Position numbers and translations under genes: made by a program | Shown: positions 1-9,748 of the stretch, piece after piece | Layout: the number at the start of each line of letters is the position of its first letter | How positions within the stretch are numbered: the first letter of the stretch is position 1 | Notes under the pieces: generated by a model | Database searches by the model: none | The model's input: only the letters and a program-made list of their open reading frames with translations | Told to the model about the DNA's origin: nothing | From: a virus | Direction: 5' to 3' (one strand) | IMG/VR virus record: IMGVR_UViG_3300031787_000005 | Length of the DNA: 64,000 bases

Positions 1-1624
1 TAACATAACCAGATGTAACGTACCCAACAATAGAATGGTTACCCCATCCATAAGAAATATCCCAATTACTAATCTGTCCTGAAGTAATTGAAGTAGCAGC
101 ACCAGTAAAAGTATTAAGACCTATTTGAGTATTAACATATCCTGTTGTAGCATAACCTAATGTCGAGTGATCACCCCATCCATAAGAAGTATCCCAATTA
201 CTAATTTGTGTATTTGTAATATTTTTTGCAGGAGAAGCATTGAATATGGGATCAGTTTCAGTAAATGAAGTTAAATAAGTATTAGAATCAATTGATCCAT
301 CTGCTTTTAAAAATTGAGATGAAGTTCCACCAGATTTAATGAATGATGATGCTGTTACAACACCAGATACATTTAACTGCTTAGCAAATAATGTCGTTCC
401 AGTAACTGTGGTAATGCCAGAGAAGGTGGATACACCAGATACATTTAACTGCTTAGCAAATAATGTCGTTCCAGTAACTGTGGTAATGCCAGAGAAGGTG
501 GATACACCAGATACATTTAACTGCTTAGCAAATAATGTCGTTCCAGTAACTGTGGTAATGCCAGAGAAGGTGGATACACCAGATACATTAAGTTGTGTTA
601 GAGATCCTGTCCCACCACTAACACTTGTAGACACTCCTGAAACATTTGCATAAGTTGCAATACCAGATCTAGAAGCGTATGTTGCAACGCCTGCATTAGT
701 TGCATAGGTGGCAATACCAGAAATATCTGCATATCCAGCATAAGTAGAAATACCAGCAACATTTGCATACCCAGAATATGTTGATATTCCGGATGTAATC
801 GCATATCCTACTTGACCAAACTGATCAAGAGCCGCATTTTCAAATATAAATTTTCCAAGTGAATGGTCATATTTAAGAAACTTCCCATTGTATACACTTG
901 GATTCGTTGCAATACCAACAATATCATCAAGGTACTTTAATCTGACTTCACCACCACCACCAATACTAGCAAGTTGTTCTTGCAGTCTTCCTACAAGAAT
1001 TTGATAGTGATTTTTTAATTGCTCTAAAGTTACAGGATTTTGTGTCAGAGGGTCATTGCTTTTTGTAGATCCACTAACCAATTCTTCAGATAGTCTTTTA
1101 TATTTTGCAGATAAAATATTAATCTTTTCTTCAAGAGAACCAATATCAATTGATGGTTTCTTTTTTAATTCTACAAATAAATCTTCACGTAAAGAAACAA
1201 TATCTTTAGCATGAGAAGACACATATTTTTCTACTACCTCTTCAACTTGATTCTGATATAATTCTTTGAATATACTTTGTGCTTCTCTAACTTTTATTAA
1301 CTCAATTGATCCTTCAACTAAAGAAAGTTTATGATGATTTTTCCTAACTTCATTTATAGATTCTTCCGTTAGATCTGAATTAAGTTCTTCGTCAATAAAA
1401 GATTCTCTCCAGTCATATAGATTATTTCCTTCCTTTTTTACTTCCACCTCCTCATATAGAGGAGACATTTTTTCCACAGAAGACTTTTGAACGTCAAAAA
1501 TACTAGAATCATTCTTCTGATCAATGACTCCAGTATTTTTAAGTTCTTCATCAAGGTTCTTTATCTTGTTTTCTAAATCTTTAGAAGGTTTAGAATACTT
1601 GATAGTCTTCTTAAAAATTCCCAT
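1..1624 (-). CDS. Large virion/tail-fiber-like protein, partial (runs off window start; absent from supplied ORF track)
   Basis: Open frame from ATG at 1624 (MGIFKKTIKYSKPSKDLE...) to position 1. Acidic coiled-coil N-half, GGGGEVRLKYLDDIVG motif, GISTYA-type repeats, 24-aa tandem repeats, ISNWDxSYGWGxH repeats. Confidence 0.75.
   Translation of the reverse strand, partial: MGIFKKTIKYSKPSKDLENKIKNLDEELKNTGVIDQKNDSSIFDVQKSSVEKMSPLYEEVEVKKEGNNLYDWRESFIDEELNSDLTEESINEVRKNHHKLSLVEGSIELIKVREAQSIFKELYQNQVEEVVEKYVSSHAKDIVSLREDLFVELKKKPSIDIGSLEEKINILSAKYKRLSEELVSGSTKSNDPLTQNPVTLEQLKNHYQILVGRLQEQLASIGGGGEVRLKYLDDIVGIATNPSVYNGKFLKYDHSLGKFIFENAALDQFGQVGYAITSGISTYSGYANVAGISTYAGYADISGIATYATNAGVATYASRSGIATYANVSGVSTSVSGGTGSLTQLNVSGVSTFSGITTVTGTTLFAKQLNVSGVSTFSGITTVTGTTLFAKQLNVSGVSTFSGITTVTGTTLFAKQLNVSGVVTASSFIKSGGTSSQFLKADGSIDSNTYLTSFTETDPIFNASPAKNITNTQISNWDTSYGWGDHSTLGYATTGYVNTQIGLNTFTGAATSITSGQISNWDISYGWGNHSIVGYVTSGYV
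360..588. repeat. Perfect 72-bp tandem repeat, 3 copies plus partial (24 aa: QLNVSGVSTFSGITTVTGTTLFAK)
   Basis: caccagatacatt recurs at 361, 433, 505 and 577 with identical intervening sequence. Confidence 0.95.
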
Positions 1625-1660
1625 TAACTATGATTAATTTTTTTCCTATGCTAGTATTTA

Positions 1661-1825
1661 TTATACCCTGTATTCTTCAATTTTGTCTAGAACTTTATTC
1701 AGATACTGATGCGCTAACCACTTTGGATCATGTCCGGATTTGTCCATCCATTCCTTATCTAAGTTTGATTTTATCTTGAGAACTTCATATTTTATGATCT
1801 CTTTCGTCAGGTATCCGCGTGGCAT
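1661..1825 (-). CDS. Small hypothetical protein, 54 aa (MPRGYLTKEIIKYEVLK...)
   Basis: Manual translation; clean ATG-TAA frame filling the intergenic gap. Confidence 0.7.
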   Translation of the reverse strand: MPRGYLTKEIIKYEVLKIKSNLDKEWMDKSGHDPKWLAHQYLNKVLDKIEEYRV

Positions 1826-1886
1826 GGCATAAAAAAAAAACTCTGCCCAATATTTAGAGCAGAGTTTGTTATTATGTCATATTGTT

Positions 1887-2636
1887 TCAAACAGTCACTT
1901 CATCCTCCACAGATGCTTTGACATATTCAAGAACAATTTCAGGTGTAGTCTCTTGGTAAGGATCAGTCTCTGCATTATCACGCATACCGTTTTCAACAAA
2001 AAGTTTTTCAACTTGACCATCATAAACGACCATGGCGTAACGCCAGGAACGACTACCAAATCCAAGATTAGTTTTCTTTACAAGCATTCCCATTTGACGG
2101 GTAAAATACCCATTGCCATCAGGGAGCATTTTAACTTTTTCAATACCTTGATCTTTTGCCCAGGCATTCATAACAAAAGCATCGTTTACGGAAACGCAAT
2201 AAATTTCATCAATACCAAGTGACTTAAACTCATCATACTTTTCCTCAAATCCAGGAAGTTGGTAATGAGAACAAGTAGGGGTGAATGCACCTGGAAGTGA
2301 AAAAACAATCACACGTTTATCGTAAAAAAGATCTTCAGTTGTACGAGTTACAAACTGACTGTTCTCACGAAAAATAAATTCTTCTTGAGGAACATCATAT
2401 CCCTCGGGAACTAGATACGTCATTTTTTTAACACTTCCTTTAATTAGATCTACAATTTCTTGCCAATCATGTCCTTCTCTTTTGCACCAATCTTTTGCAA
2501 GTTGCTCTTCTTCTGGAGTGAGATCAAAAAATGCGTCTCTAATAATTTGTTGAGCAAGGGGAAGATCTCTCCATTTCCAAGCTCTTGCAAAATCATTTTC
2601 GTTAAATGGTCTTGTATAATGTTTTGATTTTGACAT
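1887..2636 (-). CDS. Peroxiredoxin (Prx5/Redoxin type) with ~70-aa N-terminal extension
   Basis: VFSLPGAFTPTCS peroxidatic motif; CVSVNDAFVMNAW; RSWRYAMVV. Confidence 0.9.
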   Translation of the reverse strand: MSKSKHYTRPFNENDFARAWKWRDLPLAQQIIRDAFFDLTPEEEQLAKDWCKREGHDWQEIVDLIKGSVKKMTYLVPEGYDVPQEEFIFRENSQFVTRTTEDLFYDKRVIVFSLPGAFTPTCSHYQLPGFEEKYDEFKSLGIDEIYCVSVNDAFVMNAWAKDQGIEKVKMLPDGNGYFTRQMGMLVKKTNLGFGSRSWRYAMVVYDGQVEKLFVENGMRDNAETDPYQETTPEIVLEYVKASVEDEVTV

Positions 2637-2667
2637 TATGAATCTGGTGTTTACTACTTATATTATA

Positions 2668-2787
2668 TCAGAAAACTCCAGGAATAATCTGACCAGTAGT
2701 AACGTAAGAGACGACCGCTGCAACGAATCCAAGCATTGCCAGGCGGGAGTTGAGGATTTCTGCCTCAGGGGTAAAACCGAATTTCAT
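2668..2787 (-). CDS. hli: High-light-inducible protein (HLIP), 39 aa
   Basis: Manual translation MKFGFTPEAEILNSRLAMLGFVAAVVSYVTTGQIIPGVF; ExxNxRxAMxG chlorophyll-binding motif. Confidence 0.93.
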   Translation of the reverse strand: MKFGFTPEAEILNSRLAMLGFVAAVVSYVTTGQIIPGVF

Positions 2788-2798
2788 TTTGATTCTCC

Positions 2799-2939
2799 TT
2801 AAGGATTGTGATTTTTAGTTTCTTTAATTTTTTTGTAACCCCAGACAGCTAGGGTTCCGATGCCAACGCCAACAATACAACAGATAAGCATATGGATAGT
2901 GTGCTCCCAGCAGTGAAATATATTAGGAAATGTGGGCAT
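2799..2939 (-). CDS. Small membrane protein (...MLICCIVGVGIGTLAVWGYKKIKETKNHNP); start uncertain (2939 or 2891)
   Basis: Manual translation; one hydrophobic helix followed by a basic tail. Confidence 0.5.
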   Translation of the reverse strand: MPTFPNIFHCWEHTIHMLICCIVGVGIGTLAVWGYKKIKETKNHNP

Positions 2940-3249
2940 GACCAATCATTCCAGCACCTTTGTGAGGAGCACACCAGAAAGTATACTCACCAGCATCAGT
3001 AAAAGTAACATCAAAACTCTCGCCAGGACTAAAAAGAAGTCCATCATGTGAGAGTTCAGGATGATCTTCCACAATCACATTATGAGGTGGAAGCATACCA
3101 TTAACGAAGTGAATGCTGTCACCAACAGCAAGAGTAACATCAGCAGGTTCAAAGATAAGATTACCATTAGAACCCATTGTGACATCTACAGCCCAGGCAG
3201 GAAGGGCAAGGAAGAACACTGCCAAGAAGGCAAAAAATGCTTTCATCAC
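2923..3249 (-). CDS. petE: Plastocyanin
   Basis: Signal peptide; PHNVI His ligand and CAPHKGAGM Cys/His/Met copper ligands. Confidence 0.95.
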   Translation of the reverse strand: MMKAFFAFLAVFFLALPAWAVDVTMGSNGNLIFEPADVTLAVGDSIHFVNGMLPPHNVIVEDHPELSHDGLLFSPGESFDVTFTDAGEYTFWCAPHKGAGMIGHAHIS

Positions 3250-3539
3250 AGGTTCTCCTCTTGCTCGGTCAGGATTACGCAGTCGCTAGTGGGATATGCC
3301 ACACAGGTGAGCACCCAACCCTCTGCTTGCTGTTCGTCATCAAGGAACGATTGTTCTTCGTTATCCACAGTGCCGCTAATGAGTTTACCAGCACAAGCAG
3401 AGCAGGCACCTGCCTTACAAGATGAAGGCAGATCAATACCTGCTTCTTCAGCAGCTTCGAGAATGTATTGATCATCAGGGCACTGAATAACATTTTCAGT
3501 GCCATCAGGAGATTGAAGTGTAACGCTATAGGTTGCCAT
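3246..3539 (-). CDS. petF: Plant-type [2Fe-2S] ferredoxin
   Basis: [13 protein letters not shown]...VLTC cluster motif. Confidence 0.97.
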   Translation of the reverse strand: MATYSVTLQSPDGTENVIQCPDDQYILEAAEEAGIDLPSSCKAGACSACAGKLISGTVDNEEQSFLDDEQQAEGWVLTCVAYPTSDCVILTEQEENL

Positions 3540-3625
3540 TAGTATGTTTCGGAAAGTTTTTCTACAGATGCTGCCAACAAAACAAAGAAGGCAACACTAG
3601 TAATTGTAAAGATAATTTGCGCCAT
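3539..3625 (-). CDS. Small membrane peptide, 28 aa ([28 protein letters not shown])
   Basis: Manual translation; stop overlaps the petF start. Confidence 0.55.
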   Translation of the reverse strand: MAQIIFTITSVAFFVLLAASVEKLSETY

Positions 3626-3638
3626 TGTCAATCAATTG

Positions 3639-3833
3639 TCAGAAGATCCCGAAGAAGAACTTACCAGTGAGTGCATAAGAAAGAGCACCAGAAACAATAC
3701 CGACCATTGCCCAGCGTCCATTGTACTTCTCCTTTACTTGGTTAGGGGTATCCATACCATAGTTTTCGTAGTACATGGTAGGTTCTTTGGCAAACATGTT
3801 CTGCTGCCCATGCTCATTGGTTGTTACAGTCAT
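3639..3833 (-). CDS. hli: High-light-inducible protein (phage type with AKEP N-terminus)
   Basis: MTVTTNEHGQQNMFAKEP...EKYNGRWAMVG; start moved to ATG at 3833, downstream of the promoter. Confidence 0.9.
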   Translation of the reverse strand: MTVTTNEHGQQNMFAKEPTMYYENYGMDTPNQVKEKYNGRWAMVGIVSGALSYALTGKFFFGIF

Positions 3834-3860
3834 TGTACATTCGTTAAGAATTGTTACACA

Positions 3861-3900
3861 ATTATATAGCAAAAAGAAAGGGGCGTCAAGCCCCCTTTTG
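3861..3900 (-). promoter_or_regulatory. Sigma70-like promoter (TTGACG-17-TATAAT) overlapping an intrinsic terminator hairpin
   Basis: Minus strand AAAAGGGGGCTTGACGCCCCTTTCTTTTTGCTATATAAT. Confidence 0.85.
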
Positions 3901-3916
3901 TTCGGATATCAGAATA

Positions 3917-5701
3917 TTATTTGAGAAACAAATAGTCTTCAAGTATTAGAAAATCTAATTCTGTATTTTCCAATACATAAAAAGCATCTTCAACAGTTGT
4001 AAGAATTGGATTACCTTTAATATTGAAAGAGGTGTTTAGAATTACAGCATCATGCCCACGATTATCAAGTTCAGTCAGAATGTCATAAAACAATTCATGT
4101 TGATCTCTGGTTACAGTTTGAAGTCTTGCAGTACCATCAACATGAGTTATCGCAGGTAGTTTTTGCCGATACTCCTCTTTCACCAATGGAGCAAAAGACA
4201 TGTATGGAGATGCAAAGGCATTATCAAAGTAAATGTCTTTATCCTCCTCTCGGCAAACAGGACCGAAAGGTCGGAACCATTCCCTAAACTTAACTTTAGC
4301 ATTTAGAGTATCTTTCATTTCTGGAATACTTGGATCACAAATGATACTTCGATTACCCAAAGCACGAGGTCCAACTTCAGAATAACCAATCATTGTGGCA
4401 CCAATCTTCCCTTCCTTGATTAGATCTACAATTTTAGAAACATTCATATCTACTACCTTATCAATTTTACTATACTTATCATAATACTCTGGAATTTTTT
4501 CTCTGTCAAGAATATCAAATCCACAATAGACTGAAAACTTATCGTTCATAGTTTTATCTATAGAACAAAAATGTCCATAAGATAATCCATCATCCCCAGG
4601 ATTAGGGGACACAAAAAGTTTTCTATTTGTCTTGTTCAAATGTTCTGCAACCTTTTGATTGAAGATTACATTCAAAGCACATCCACCAGAAAATACTACA
4701 TCAAAATCATACTTATCAAGGTATGGTTTAATTAATTTCCAACAAAGTTCTTCAAAGACGTGTTGATTTGTCGCAGCTAAATCATAACTATGTTTTCCAG
4801 ATAGACAATTAATGGTTGACTTTAAAAGTGTTGTAATATCATCCAGAGAATTTTGATTATCGGATAAAAATGCACTTATTACATCTTCATTTTCTTCTCG
4901 ATTAGATAATAAAGTACTTATCATTTGTTGCCCAACCATTATAGAAACCATGGGATTTTGTGCATCTGCTGGAGTCATCATGTAATTTTGTTTGATAACA
5001 TCAATCCATTCTTTTCTAACATTTCCATAAGCAACTAGACCCATCAACTTCCCAGCATTTGAATTGAGATAATCTGCAGAAACATACTTCTGATTTGAAT
5101 CAAACATTTTTTCAAGATGATCTGTCTTATTCTTATCCTCAATCTCAGATATCAGTTGAAGTGGGGACGCATATTGACCTGGAGTAAACACCATGGCATT
5201 AGATGAATTCAATGTCAATAATACATCAACTTTTTGGTCAGATATTTTAAGAATACTATAACCAATAAGAGGACATTGTTGGGGATTCTTCACTATTCCA
5301 TAGTGATTATTTTCCAACCCGCCACCATCCAGAGATATTACAAGAGCATCTTTAAATCCACTTTGATGATAGGCACCGATACAATGGGAAGTATGATGAC
5401 CCATTGAAATAAATTTAGAATTGGGAAACAATCTTTTCATCAAAGAAAAGTCTTCGTCAATAACCACACTATAAAGAATATAAGTTGGTTCTTCTTTGAG
5501 TTGGAATTTAATATAGTCTAAAAATTTAACCCTATCCTCAAACTTAGAGTCTTGTTCATTTTCTTTTCTAAATTTTTTAAATGAGCAATGTTTTATCTTA
5601 GTAAATCTTTCTAGTTGAAAAATTCTTAATTGATTATTTTTATCTACGCACGTTACTGAACAATCATGCCCACCATGAATGGCAAGTATTTTAGAATTCA
5701 T
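3917..5701 (-). CDS. Carbamoyltransferase, NodU/CmcH/TobZ family, full length (Kae1-like plus YrdC-like domains)
   Basis: GHHTSH, SLDGGG, FSGGCALN, PGDDGLSYG; C-terminal SEVGPRALGNRSI, KFREWFRPF, HVDGTARLQTV, LNTSFN. Confidence 0.93.
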   Translation of the reverse strand: MNSKILAIHGGHDCSVTCVDKNNQLRIFQLERFTKIKHCSFKKFRKENEQDSKFEDRVKFLDYIKFQLKEEPTYILYSVVIDEDFSLMKRLFPNSKFISMGHHTSHCIGAYHQSGFKDALVISLDGGGLENNHYGIVKNPQQCPLIGYSILKISDQKVDVLLTLNSSNAMVFTPGQYASPLQLISEIEDKNKTDHLEKMFDSNQKYVSADYLNSNAGKLMGLVAYGNVRKEWIDVIKQNYMMTPADAQNPMVSIMVGQQMISTLLSNREENEDVISAFLSDNQNSLDDITTLLKSTINCLSGKHSYDLAATNQHVFEELCWKLIKPYLDKYDFDVVFSGGCALNVIFNQKVAEHLNKTNRKLFVSPNPGDDGLSYGHFCSIDKTMNDKFSVYCGFDILDREKIPEYYDKYSKIDKVVDMNVSKIVDLIKEGKIGATMIGYSEVGPRALGNRSIICDPSIPEMKDTLNAKVKFREWFRPFGPVCREEDKDIYFDNAFASPYMSFAPLVKEEYRQKLPAITHVDGTARLQTVTRDQHELFYDILTELDNRGHDAVILNTSFNIKGNPILTTVEDAFYVLENTELDFLILEDYLFLK

Positions 5702-6909
5702 AACTCAATTACCTTACCATCTTTTTTATATTTTTCATAATACTCTGGAATTTTTTCTCTGTCAAGAATATCAAGTCCGCAGTACACTGAAAATTTGTCA
5801 TCAAAGGTTTTATCTATAGAGCATACATGCCCATAAGATAATCCATCGTCACCAGGATCAGGGGATACAAAAAGTTTTCTATTATTCTTACTCAGATATT
5901 CCATGATCTTCTGATTTGATAAAACATTTAATGCACATCCACCAGAAAATACAACGTCCAAATCACATTCATCAATATAAGGTTGAATCAACTCCCAACA
6001 AAGTTCTTCAAAGACATATTGGTTTGTCGCGGCAAGATCATAGCTTTCCTGTCCAGAAAACCAATTTTGATCTGGACGAACACCAATAATGCTGGCAAAA
6101 CTAATAAGCAAAGATTTTATATGTTTTGGAGTATGAACTTCATCAGGTCCTGCAAGATAAACCAACTTAACGGAATTAATCCACTCTTCTCTAACTTTTC
6201 CATAAGCAGCAAGACCCATTAGTTTGCCAGCACAAACCTTAGCCATGTTTCTCAATTTCCAGAAAGGAGAATCATTGAGTTTTATGTTTGAATCAGATTG
6301 CTCAAGAAGAGACTTTATAAATTCTGTAATTCTTTTATCTCCCTTATATGGGTCGATTTCGGATATGGCAGGAACTAAAGCAGTATAACTTCCCGGAGTA
6401 AAATTCATGGCACCAGGAAAATTAGTTGCTAATAAAACATCAACCTTTTTATCAAGTATCTTGACAATACTATAACTTATTTCTACCCCTTTAGGGTTTT
6501 TAGTTATACCATAATGATTATTATCAAAACCCCCACCATCTAATGAGATAACCAATGCATCTTTAAATTGACTTTGATGATAGGCACCGATACAGTGAGA
6601 CGTGTGATGTCCCATCTCAATAAATTTAGATTCTTTAAATTTACTTTTTAAGATATCAAGATAATATCGGTTCCCAAAGTAACTATAGAGAACATATTTT
6701 GGTTCTTCTTTGAGTTGCGATTTAATATGATCTAGAAAACTTTTTTTCTGTTCTATTCTAATGTCTGTTGTATAACTATCACATTCAAAATTATCGTGCT
6801 TTATCTTAGTAAATCTCTCAAGTTGAAAAATTCTCACTTGATTATTTTTATCTACAAAGGTAGCAGAACAGTCATGCCCACCATGAATAGCGAAGATCTT
6901 TGAATTCAT
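5698..6909 (-). CDS. Carbamoyltransferase N-terminal (Kae1-like) domain only, paralog 2
   Basis: Same N-domain motifs; stops exactly where the C-domain of the full-length copy begins. Confidence 0.85.
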   Translation of the reverse strand: MNSKIFAIHGGHDCSATFVDKNNQVRIFQLERFTKIKHDNFECDSYTTDIRIEQKKSFLDHIKSQLKEEPKYVLYSYFGNRYYLDILKSKFKESKFIEMGHHTSHCIGAYHQSQFKDALVISLDGGGFDNNHYGITKNPKGVEISYSIVKILDKKVDVLLATNFPGAMNFTPGSYTALVPAISEIDPYKGDKRITEFIKSLLEQSDSNIKLNDSPFWKLRNMAKVCAGKLMGLAAYGKVREEWINSVKLVYLAGPDEVHTPKHIKSLLISFASIIGVRPDQNWFSGQESYDLAATNQYVFEELCWELIQPYIDECDLDVVFSGGCALNVLSNQKIMEYLSKNNRKLFVSPDPGDDGLSYGHVCSIDKTFDDKFSVYCGLDILDREKIPEYYEKYKKDGKVIEL

Positions 6910-8108
6910 AATCTAATAACTTTACCCCACTTGTGGTATTTATTATAATACTCCAATATCTTATCTCTATCTAAAATGTCAAGTCCACAATAAACAGAAA
7001 ACTGATCTTTCATAGTTTTATCAACTGAACAGACATGTCCATAGGATAAACCTTCATCACTTGGTGTGGGAGATATAAAAAGATTTCGATTTGTTTTACT
7101 TAAGTATTGACTGACCTTTTGATTAAAAACAACGTTTAATGCACACCCACCCGAGAACACCACATCAAAATTATACTGATCAATATAAGGTTTAATTAAA
7201 TCCCAACAAAGTTCTTCAAAGACATGCTGGTTTGTCGCAGCAAGATCATAACTTTCTTGTCCCGATAAACAATTTTGTGTCAGTGGTTTACTGATAGATT
7301 TAGATAGTCCAACAATAGATGCTTTTAGATTGAATGGTAAATGAATTTCTTTTGGAAGAAGTAGATAAATGTTTCTTATCGATTCAACCCACTCTTTTCT
7401 TATCCTCCCATAAGAAGACAATCCCATTAATTTACCAGCACATATTCTTGCCTTACTTCTCAATCTCCAAAAAGGAGAATCTTCTTGACTAGTATATTGA
7501 ATTAAACTATCTTCCTTTTGTGCTTCCTCCATACACTCTGCAATTTCAGCATCAGACTTATATGGATCAATTTCAGATATTAAAGGCACGATAGCAGTAT
7601 ATGTACCGGGGGTAAACTTAGGCGAATTTAAAGAGTCCGATGTCAAAAGAACATCAACTTTACCATTATCAATTTGGAGAATACTATATGTTATTTCTAT
7701 TCCATCCAGATCTTTAGATATTCCATAATGCCCATACTCTATACCGCCACCATCCAGAGATATTACAAGAGCATCTTTAAATCCACTTTGATGATAGGCA
7801 CCGATACAATGGGAAGTATGATGACCCATTTTTAAAAACTTTGCATTTTTAAAATAAGTTTTTACTATTCCCAGATACTCTTCAGAGATATAACTGTATA
7901 AAACATACTGGGGTTCTTCCTTTAATTCGGATTTAGCATGTTGTAAGAATTGATGTCTAGTCTTATCCGTCAAATCTTTATGCTCAAGAGTATCATTCTT
8001 AATCTTTGTAAACCTTTCCAATTCAAAAATCCTTAGTTGATTATTTTTATCAACTAAGGTTATTGAACAATTATGTCCTCCATGTATGGAAAGAATTTTT
8101 GAATTCAT
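6906..8108 (-). CDS. Carbamoyltransferase N-terminal (Kae1-like) domain only, paralog 3
   Basis: Same motifs (GHHTSH, SLDGGG, SGGCALN, PSDEGLSYG); same truncation point. Confidence 0.85.
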   Translation of the reverse strand: MNSKILSIHGGHNCSITLVDKNNQLRIFELERFTKIKNDTLEHKDLTDKTRHQFLQHAKSELKEEPQYVLYSYISEEYLGIVKTYFKNAKFLKMGHHTSHCIGAYHQSGFKDALVISLDGGGIEYGHYGISKDLDGIEITYSILQIDNGKVDVLLTSDSLNSPKFTPGTYTAIVPLISEIDPYKSDAEIAECMEEAQKEDSLIQYTSQEDSPFWRLRSKARICAGKLMGLSSYGRIRKEWVESIRNIYLLLPKEIHLPFNLKASIVGLSKSISKPLTQNCLSGQESYDLAATNQHVFEELCWDLIKPYIDQYNFDVVFSGGCALNVVFNQKVSQYLSKTNRNLFISPTPSDEGLSYGHVCSVDKTMKDQFSVYCGLDILDRDKILEYYNKYHKWGKVIRL

Positions 8109-8109
8109 A

Positions 8110-8895
8110 TTATTCTTGACGATCTTCTGTGACTCTCCCCAAATAAGGATCGTAATCCATGAGTTCTGCTATTCCTATCTCAGGACCACTTTGTTCCCAA
8201 AAATTTCTTAGACCATCATGACTTGATCGATGAATGAAGTCAATATGCTCAGGATGAATGGAAGATCCCAATTCAATTTTATAAAGAAATACTGGAATTG
8301 AGAAAGTATTACCCGAATTATAAATTAGATCATCTGCAACAGGACGTGGTTTCACACCATTATCAAGTTTATACTTATCACCACGAACATGATGCTTCAG
8401 AAGTTTTTCAGCATGATGTCTCGTGATCATGTATGCTGCCGTAGAAAAATCATTGACAAATCTCTTATGAAGTTTAACATGTAAAGGACCTGTACAAATA
8501 ATAGCAAGTTGAATCACATCCCAATCATATGGAACCTTTGATGCAAAATCTGTCCAGGTAAAATTCCAAAATCGAACAGGATCTAAATCTACATCATCTT
8601 CCATGATGATTGCATATGGACTATCAGATGTTTCCATCCAATGTTTGATCGCCTTTAGATGGCTAGTAATACACCCAATCTCACCAGAGGTCATCATCTC
8701 TGGGTAACGTCCTTTAATAATATCACTAAGATCATCTTCTCTACCATCATAAGCAGATATACGAGTATAGTTTTCTATTTCCCAATACTTCATTTGATCT
8801 TCCATATATTGCATCCTTTCTGGTTGTTCATCCAGATTGAGATAATAAATTGGAGCAATATTTTTCAGTTTAAAAGCAGATTTATTTTTATCCAT
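8110..8895 (-). CDS. Glycosyltransferase family 25-like
   Basis: YYLNL..QPER..M, RISAYDG, GEIGCITSH, IIMEDD. Confidence 0.85.
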   Translation of the reverse strand: MDKNKSAFKLKNIAPIYYLNLDEQPERMQYMEDQMKYWEIENYTRISAYDGREDDLSDIIKGRYPEMMTSGEIGCITSHLKAIKHWMETSDSPYAIIMEDDVDLDPVRFWNFTWTDFASKVPYDWDVIQLAIICTGPLHVKLHKRFVNDFSTAAYMITRHHAEKLLKHHVRGDKYKLDNGVKPRPVADDLIYNSGNTFSIPVFLYKIELGSSIHPEHIDFIHRSSHDGLRNFWEQSGPEIGIAELMDYDPYLGRVTEDRQE

Positions 8896-9748
8896 CTTGA
8901 TATGATTTTTTTAATAAAATTGCAGTCTGTAAGAATGAACTATTTGATGTCTTCATCATATCAGATTTAGAGAGAATATACAAGTCGATGATTGCTTGTC
9001 TGACACTTTCATCAGACCTTTCAACATTAAATGGATATTCAACTCCGGTGTCATCAACAATTACCGATCTCCATTCACCTTCGTCAGTTAATTTCTCAAC
9101 ATAACTGGTCTTTGGATATACGGAAACATTTTCCAATTGATTAAATTTATTTTCAAGTTCTTCATCATCAGAACAAACAAAATATTTGGTTTCATTAGTA
9201 TCAGACACTTGATTAAAAATCTGATCAAAATCTGGTTTATGTGGATCATAGAAGTCAGTGTTTCTCAAATGAACCCCGACAAAAGATTCTCCAAAATTTG
9301 AGTTAATAAAATCATTAGCCTTGTCAACCAGTTGTGAATTAAATTCAATATCACGTATTACATCTACAATCTCATCTTCACTGAGGTAAGATAAAAGTGT
9401 GTCATTGTTATAAACTATTTTTTGTTTTTCTGTGTTTGCACAAAACTCAGAGAGGTTTTGAAGAGACCCGAAACTTTCTGGATGATGTACACTTGTATTG
9501 AAATTCAAAAAATTACCATGCATTAAAAATTCATATTCTTGAATATCAGTCTCAAAGTAATGAAGATTTTCTTCTATGACATGCAGATCAGTTTTAAACA
9601 AGGTACTAAACCTCGATCTACACCAATTTGTAAGTGGCCAAACAACGACTGGTTCGAATCCAGTTTTTGTACAGATTGAAAGTCCACAAACCAAAGAGTT
9701 GAATCTGTTTCCAAATCCACCATCACAATAGATATAAATTTGTTTCAT
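8888..9748 (-). CDS. GT-B fucosyltransferase-like protein (NodZ/O-FucT-like)
   Basis: GGFGNRFNSL N-motif, GVHLRNTD, FVCSDD, AIIDLYILSK..SSF. Confidence 0.65.
   Translation of the reverse strand: MKQIYIYCDGGFGNRFNSLVCGLSICTKTGFEPVVVWPLTNWCRSRFSTLFKTDLHVIEENLHYFETDIQEYEFLMHGNFLNFNTSVHHPESFGSLQNLSEFCANTEKQKIVYNNDTLLSYLSEDEIVDVIRDIEFNSQLVDKANDFINSNFGESFVGVHLRNTDFYDPHKPDFDQIFNQVSDTNETKYFVCSDDEELENKFNQLENVSVYPKTSYVEKLTDEGEWRSVIVDDTGVEYPFNVERSDESVRQAIIDLYILSKSDMMKTSNSSFLQTAILLKKSYQDG

Noticed and set aside
339-653. Plus-strand repeat ORF (and minus ORF 598-804)
   Set aside because: Alternative frames of the fiber gene repeat; the continuous minus frame 1-1624 explains the region.
3872-3883. 11/12 match (AAAAGAAAGGGG) to a joined guide pair from the array unit at 55865
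   Set aside because: A low-complexity purine tract; such a match is expected by chance after trying several guide orientations.
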